The position numbers and the translations under genes are program-made. A stretch of DNA of 63,006 nucleotides, the filler included. It is 4 parts of 4 records of this genome, joined end to end, with 100 filler letters (N's around TTAATTAATTAA, not from the genome) between each part and the next. Parts side by side here need not be neighbours in the genome. Positions count along the whole stretch, not along the records: positions 53,649 to 63,006 come from SRR20825019_256; 3 more parts are not named here. One strand, written 5' to 3'. The notes beneath the pieces were generated by a model that was not told where the DNA came from, did no database searches, and worked only from the letters and a program-made list of their open reading frames with translations. This document shows positions 60,015 through 63,006 of the stretch, piece after piece. Position 1 is the first letter of the stretch. The number at the start of each line of letters is the position of its first letter.

Positions 60015-61947
60015 CGGCCGAATCTGGCAACGGCGCGCCGGTTTCTGCGTTCTGATGCTGGCTCTGTCCCTGCCTTTCTCGGCCGGGGACACACTGGCCC
60101 AGGGCGCACCCAAGCCGTTACTGCCATCCCTCGGCGCACCGAAACCGCTGCTCCCGCAGGCATCCGGCACAGGCAGCAGCACCGATAGCGGCGCCGGCAC
60201 AGATGAAACCATCCCCCTTCTCTCTCCAGCGGCTGGCAGTGGGACGAATAGCGGTGGGGCGACCAGCGGCGGCACGAATAGCGGCACGGTAAACACCAAG
60301 GACGGCATTTCCATCAATTCCCTGGACAGGGTCTCCGGCGAGAGTGTCGGCACCATTGGCCAGGACGAATCGGCACTGCCCGCCACCATGTGGGACGACA
60401 CGCCCCGCAGCGCCATCCAGCGCATGCTGGCCCTGGTCGGCGAAGCACCGGCGACGGCCTCCCTGCGCGACCTGCTGTTGCGCGTTCTGCTGAGCCCGGC
60501 CGCCGTTCCGCAATCGACCGACCCGGCCGACCGGACGAGCATCGTCAAAGCCCGCATCGACGCTCTCGAACGCCTGGGAGCCTGGCCGGATTATATCCGG
60601 CTTCTCGACATTGCCCCGTCCCGCGATGACGAGACAGTATTGCCTCCAACCTTGCGCGCCCGCCTGAAAACGGATGCCGGGTTCCTGACCGGAGACACAG
60701 GAACGAGCTGCACCATTGCCCGCGAGGCCATGCTGTCCCTGCCGGAAGACCGTTATTGGCAGAAGGCCGGGACCTTTTGTCAGGCCCTTGCCGACGAATG
60801 GGAAAGCGTCGAGTTCAACCTTCGTCTTCTGCTGGAACTTGGCGATCAAGATACGCGCTATATCGAGCTGATGCGTGCCGTCAGCGGCACCGCTTCCGAC
60901 CTGCCGCCAATGCCCGAGGCCGCACAATTGAGGCCACTCGATATTGCCATGATGCGGGTTGCCGATCTTGCTCCCTCCATGCCCGACCCCGATGCGGTTC
61001 CGGCATCCCTGATCCCCGTTCTGACCTCCTTCAAAGCCTTGCGTTTCGAAGACCGGCTGCGCCTTGCCGAACGCGGCGAACAGCTTGGCCTGGTGGACCG
61101 GAGCGAGCTGATTGCGCTGTATGAGCTGGTCGATATCGACCCGTCGCAGATGCAAAACGCACTCACCGCCGCAGCCGCCGACCCGAGCGCGAACGGCCGC
61201 GCCCTGTTATACCGGGCCATCGCCAGCCAGACCGTGCCACTGGCCCAGGCCCAGGCCATCCAGCAGGCTCTTAACCTCGGCCGCCGCGATGGCCGTTACG
61301 GCTCCACGGCTCGGCTTTATGCCCCGCTGATCCAGGAGATCCCGACCACATCTCCCTATGCCTGGTTTGCCGCCGACGCAGCATCCGCCTTCATTGCCGC
61401 CGGTATGAGCGATGCCGCCGCGCCCTGGATGGAAATGGCATCCCGCGAAGCCCGTCTGGGCCCGGAACAGGCAACGGCCTGGCGTGATGCTGTCATCATG
61501 TCCCGGCTGTCCGCTGGCGAGGAGGTTCCGCTGGAGAAAAACTTCCTTCGGGAATGGTGGCGCGGCGCCCGCAATGCGGCGCCCGAAAACGCACCGGCGC
61601 GCGCGACCCTGTTGTTCGGACTGCTGGAAGCAACCGGCGCGGAAACGCCCGGCACGGTCTGGCGCGGTCTGATCGACCAGGCCGCACCGAAAGAGACGAA
61701 ATCCTCGCCGCCCGCCCTGCTGTGGGCCCGCCGTGACGCCGCCAGGAACGGCCGTCTCGGTGAAGGTGCCCTGCTGACCGTGCTTTCGCTCTCCGGCGCA
61801 GAATTGCTGGAGTACGATACCGGAACGCTGACAGAAAGCGTCCGGGCACTCTCGGAACTCGGGCTGCATAAAGACGCCTACCGGCTGGCACTGGATATCT
61901 ATCTGGCATCGACCAGCGCACCGGTCCCGGCAACGGCAGGCGAGTAA
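59995..61947 (+). CDS. Large exported Ala/Leu-rich hypothetical protein
   Basis: Signal-peptide-like N-terminus, low-complexity linker and long helical-looking body with two Cys; ends 4 bp before xerD. Confidence 0.8.
   Translation: MINSPANGRIWQRRAGFCVLMLALSLPFSAGDTLAQGAPKPLLPSLGAPKPLLPQASGTGSSTDSGAGTDETIPLLSPAAGSGTNSGGATSGGTNSGTVNTKDGISINSLDRVSGESVGTIGQDESALPATMWDDTPRSAIQRMLALVGEAPATASLRDLLLRVLLSPAAVPQSTDPADRTSIVKARIDALERLGAWPDYIRLLDIAPSRDDETVLPPTLRARLKTDAGFLTGDTGTSCTIAREAMLSLPEDRYWQKAGTFCQALADEWESVEFNLRLLLELGDQDTRYIELMRAVSGTASDLPPMPEAAQLRPLDIAMMRVADLAPSMPDPDAVPASLIPVLTSFKALRFEDRLRLAERGEQLGLVDRSELIALYELVDIDPSQMQNALTAAAADPSANGRALLYRAIASQTVPLAQAQAIQQALNLGRRDGRYGSTARLYAPLIQEIPTTSPYAWFAADAASAFIAAGMSDAAAPWMEMASREARLGPEQATAWRDAVIMSRLSAGEEVPLEKNFLREWWRGARNAAPENAPARATLLFGLLEATGAETPGTVWRGLIDQAAPKETKSSPPALLWARRDAARNGRLGEGALLTVLSLSGAELLEYDTGTLTESVRALSELGLHKDAYRLALDIYLASTSAPVPATAGE
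60103..60290 (+). repeat. Intragenic repeats: GAPKPLLP x2 (30-bp period) and GTNSG-type units
   Basis: GGCGCACCCAAGCCGTTACTGCCA / GGCGCACCGAAACCGCTGCTCCCG, and ACGAATAGCGG twice. Confidence 0.7.
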
Positions 61948-61951
61948 GCCG

Positions 61952-62887
61952 GTGGCCCCGGACAGCGGCTCCATCGAACGCTTTCTTGAAATGCTGATTG
62001 CCGAGCGCGGCGCCTCCGGCAACACAATCGACGCCTACAAGAGGGATCTGCGGGACTTCGCCGGCAGTCTGGCGAAGCGCAAACAATCGCTCGGCAGTGC
62101 CTCAAGCGATGACATAAGAGCCTATCTCGAGTTGCTGGATAAAGCCGGCATGGCACCGCGCACAGCCGCCCGGCGGCTTTCCGCGATCCGGCAATTCTAT
62201 CGCTTCCTCTATGGCGAGGGGGATCGGGTCGACGATCCATCGACAGCCATCGACAGCCCGCGCCAGGGGCGGCCCCTGCCGAAGATCCTGAGCGAGACGG
62301 AAGTTGACCTGTTGCTCGCCGCCGCGCGTAGCAGGGACGGCGCCGACGGTTTGCGCCTGACCTGCCTGCTTGAAATTCTCTATGCCAGCGGCCTCCGGGT
62401 CTCCGAACTGGTCGCCTTGCCGCTTGCCGCGGTTGCGCGTGACCCCCGGGTCCTGATCGTGCGCGGCAAAGGCGGCAAGGAGCGCATGGTGCCCCTTACC
62501 GATGCCGCCCGGGATGCCATCGTCGCCTACAAGGATGTGCGAAGCAGCTATCTGCCCGAGGGGACGACCTCCACGTATCTCTTCCCGTCACGGGGCAGTG
62601 AAGGGCACCTGACCCGCCGCCGCATGGGGCAGCTTCTGAAAGAGCTTGCCATTGCGTGCGGCCTGCGCCCGGCGGCTGTCTCGCCTCACGTCCTGCGGCA
62701 CGCTTTCGCAACCCATCTGCTCGACCATGGCGCGGACCTGCGCAGCGTGCAGCAGATGCTGGGACATGTTGATATCTCGACCACGCAAATTTACACCCAC
62801 GTCCTCACCGAACGGCTGAAAGCACTGGTGGCTGAACATCACCCTCTGGCAAAGCCCCTTCAGGCAAAGGTTAGCAGCAAAAGCTGA
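61952..62887 (+). CDS. xerD: Site-specific tyrosine recombinase XerD
   Basis: ERGAS.NT..AY.RDL, LYASGLRVSEL, GKGGKER, HVLRHAFATHLL and LGH.DISTTQIYTHV; aroK-xerD-accA context. Confidence 0.93.
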   Translation: MAPDSGSIERFLEMLIAERGASGNTIDAYKRDLRDFAGSLAKRKQSLGSASSDDIRAYLELLDKAGMAPRTAARRLSAIRQFYRFLYGEGDRVDDPSTAIDSPRQGRPLPKILSETEVDLLLAAARSRDGADGLRLTCLLEILYASGLRVSELVALPLAAVARDPRVLIVRGKGGKERMVPLTDAARDAIVAYKDVRSSYLPEGTTSTYLFPSRGSEGHLTRRRMGQLLKELAIACGLRPAAVSPHVLRHAFATHLLDHGADLRSVQQMLGHVDISTTQIYTHVLTERLKALVAEHHPLAKPLQAKVSSKS

Positions 62888-62968
62888 CCCGCCGGGGCAA
62901 TCCAGACATTGTAACCCGTGGCCCGGACGAGTATGGTCCGCGCTTCCCAACATAGTGATTCGACGGAT

Positions 62969-63006
62969 ATGCGCGTCTTTCTGGATTTTGAAAAGCCGAT
63001 CGCCGA
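62969..63006 (+). CDS. accA: Acetyl-CoA carboxylase carboxyltransferase alpha, 5' end
   Basis: MRVFLDFEKPIA matches the AccA N-terminal LDFEKPI motif; runs off the window. Confidence 0.8.
   Translation, partial: MRVFLDFEKPIA

Noticed and set aside
56470..62240. Long alternative-frame ORFs (e.g. 56470..57852 +, 58116..58880 +, 60118..61155 -, 61207..62025 -)
   Set aside because: Antisense shadows of well-supported genes in high-GC DNA, with no recognisable motifs.
61952..62887. Tyrosine recombinase as a mobile-element integrase
   Set aside because: XerD-type motifs, housekeeping context (aroK, accA), host-like composition and no att repeats or cargo.

Overview
This window is not one locus. 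It is four unrelated sequence blocks joined by three identical artificial 100-bp spacers (44 N + TTAATTAATTAA + 44 N) at 20216-20315, 47483-47582 and 53549-53648, and genes are cut at the junctions. Block 1 (1-20215) is a mid-GC alphaproteobacterium. It holds a truncated glycine riboswitch, ispH-thrB-rnhA, an envelope peptidase/redox block, a peroxiredoxin/DsbD-like/YqgE group, and an aa3-type cytochrome c oxidase operon running into SURF1, thrC and an M16 peptidase. Block 2 (20316-47482) is AT-rich and Flavobacteriaceae-like. It holds parAB-dapB-lepB, two rhomboids, mutL, ilvE, mnmD, a TonB receptor/PepSY pair under a twin palindromic operator, secreted peptidases, an ankyrin gene and DUF3857 genes. 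Block 3 (47583-53548) is a mid-GC proteobacterium with pqiAB, argP/argO, tdk and a LysR/DJ-1 pair. Block 4 (53649-63006) is a high-GC alphaproteobacterium with cobS, a J-domain gene, bolA, aroKB, xerD and accA. Taxonomic labels are inferred from composition and gene style only. I found no CRISPR array, rRNA, tRNA, transposase or prophage, and the content is mostly housekeeping, so I cannot claim a clearly new system. The best candidates for undescribed biology are: (i) an ankyrin gene overlapping an orphan that by eye resembles a catalytically dead glutamyl-tRNA reductase N-domain; (ii) a 45-aa membrane protein plus a 650-aa exported protein packed in front of xerD; (iii) a tandem kappa-GST/HCCA-isomerase protein with one degenerate half; (iv) a twin 23-bp operator bracketing the TonB receptor promoter.
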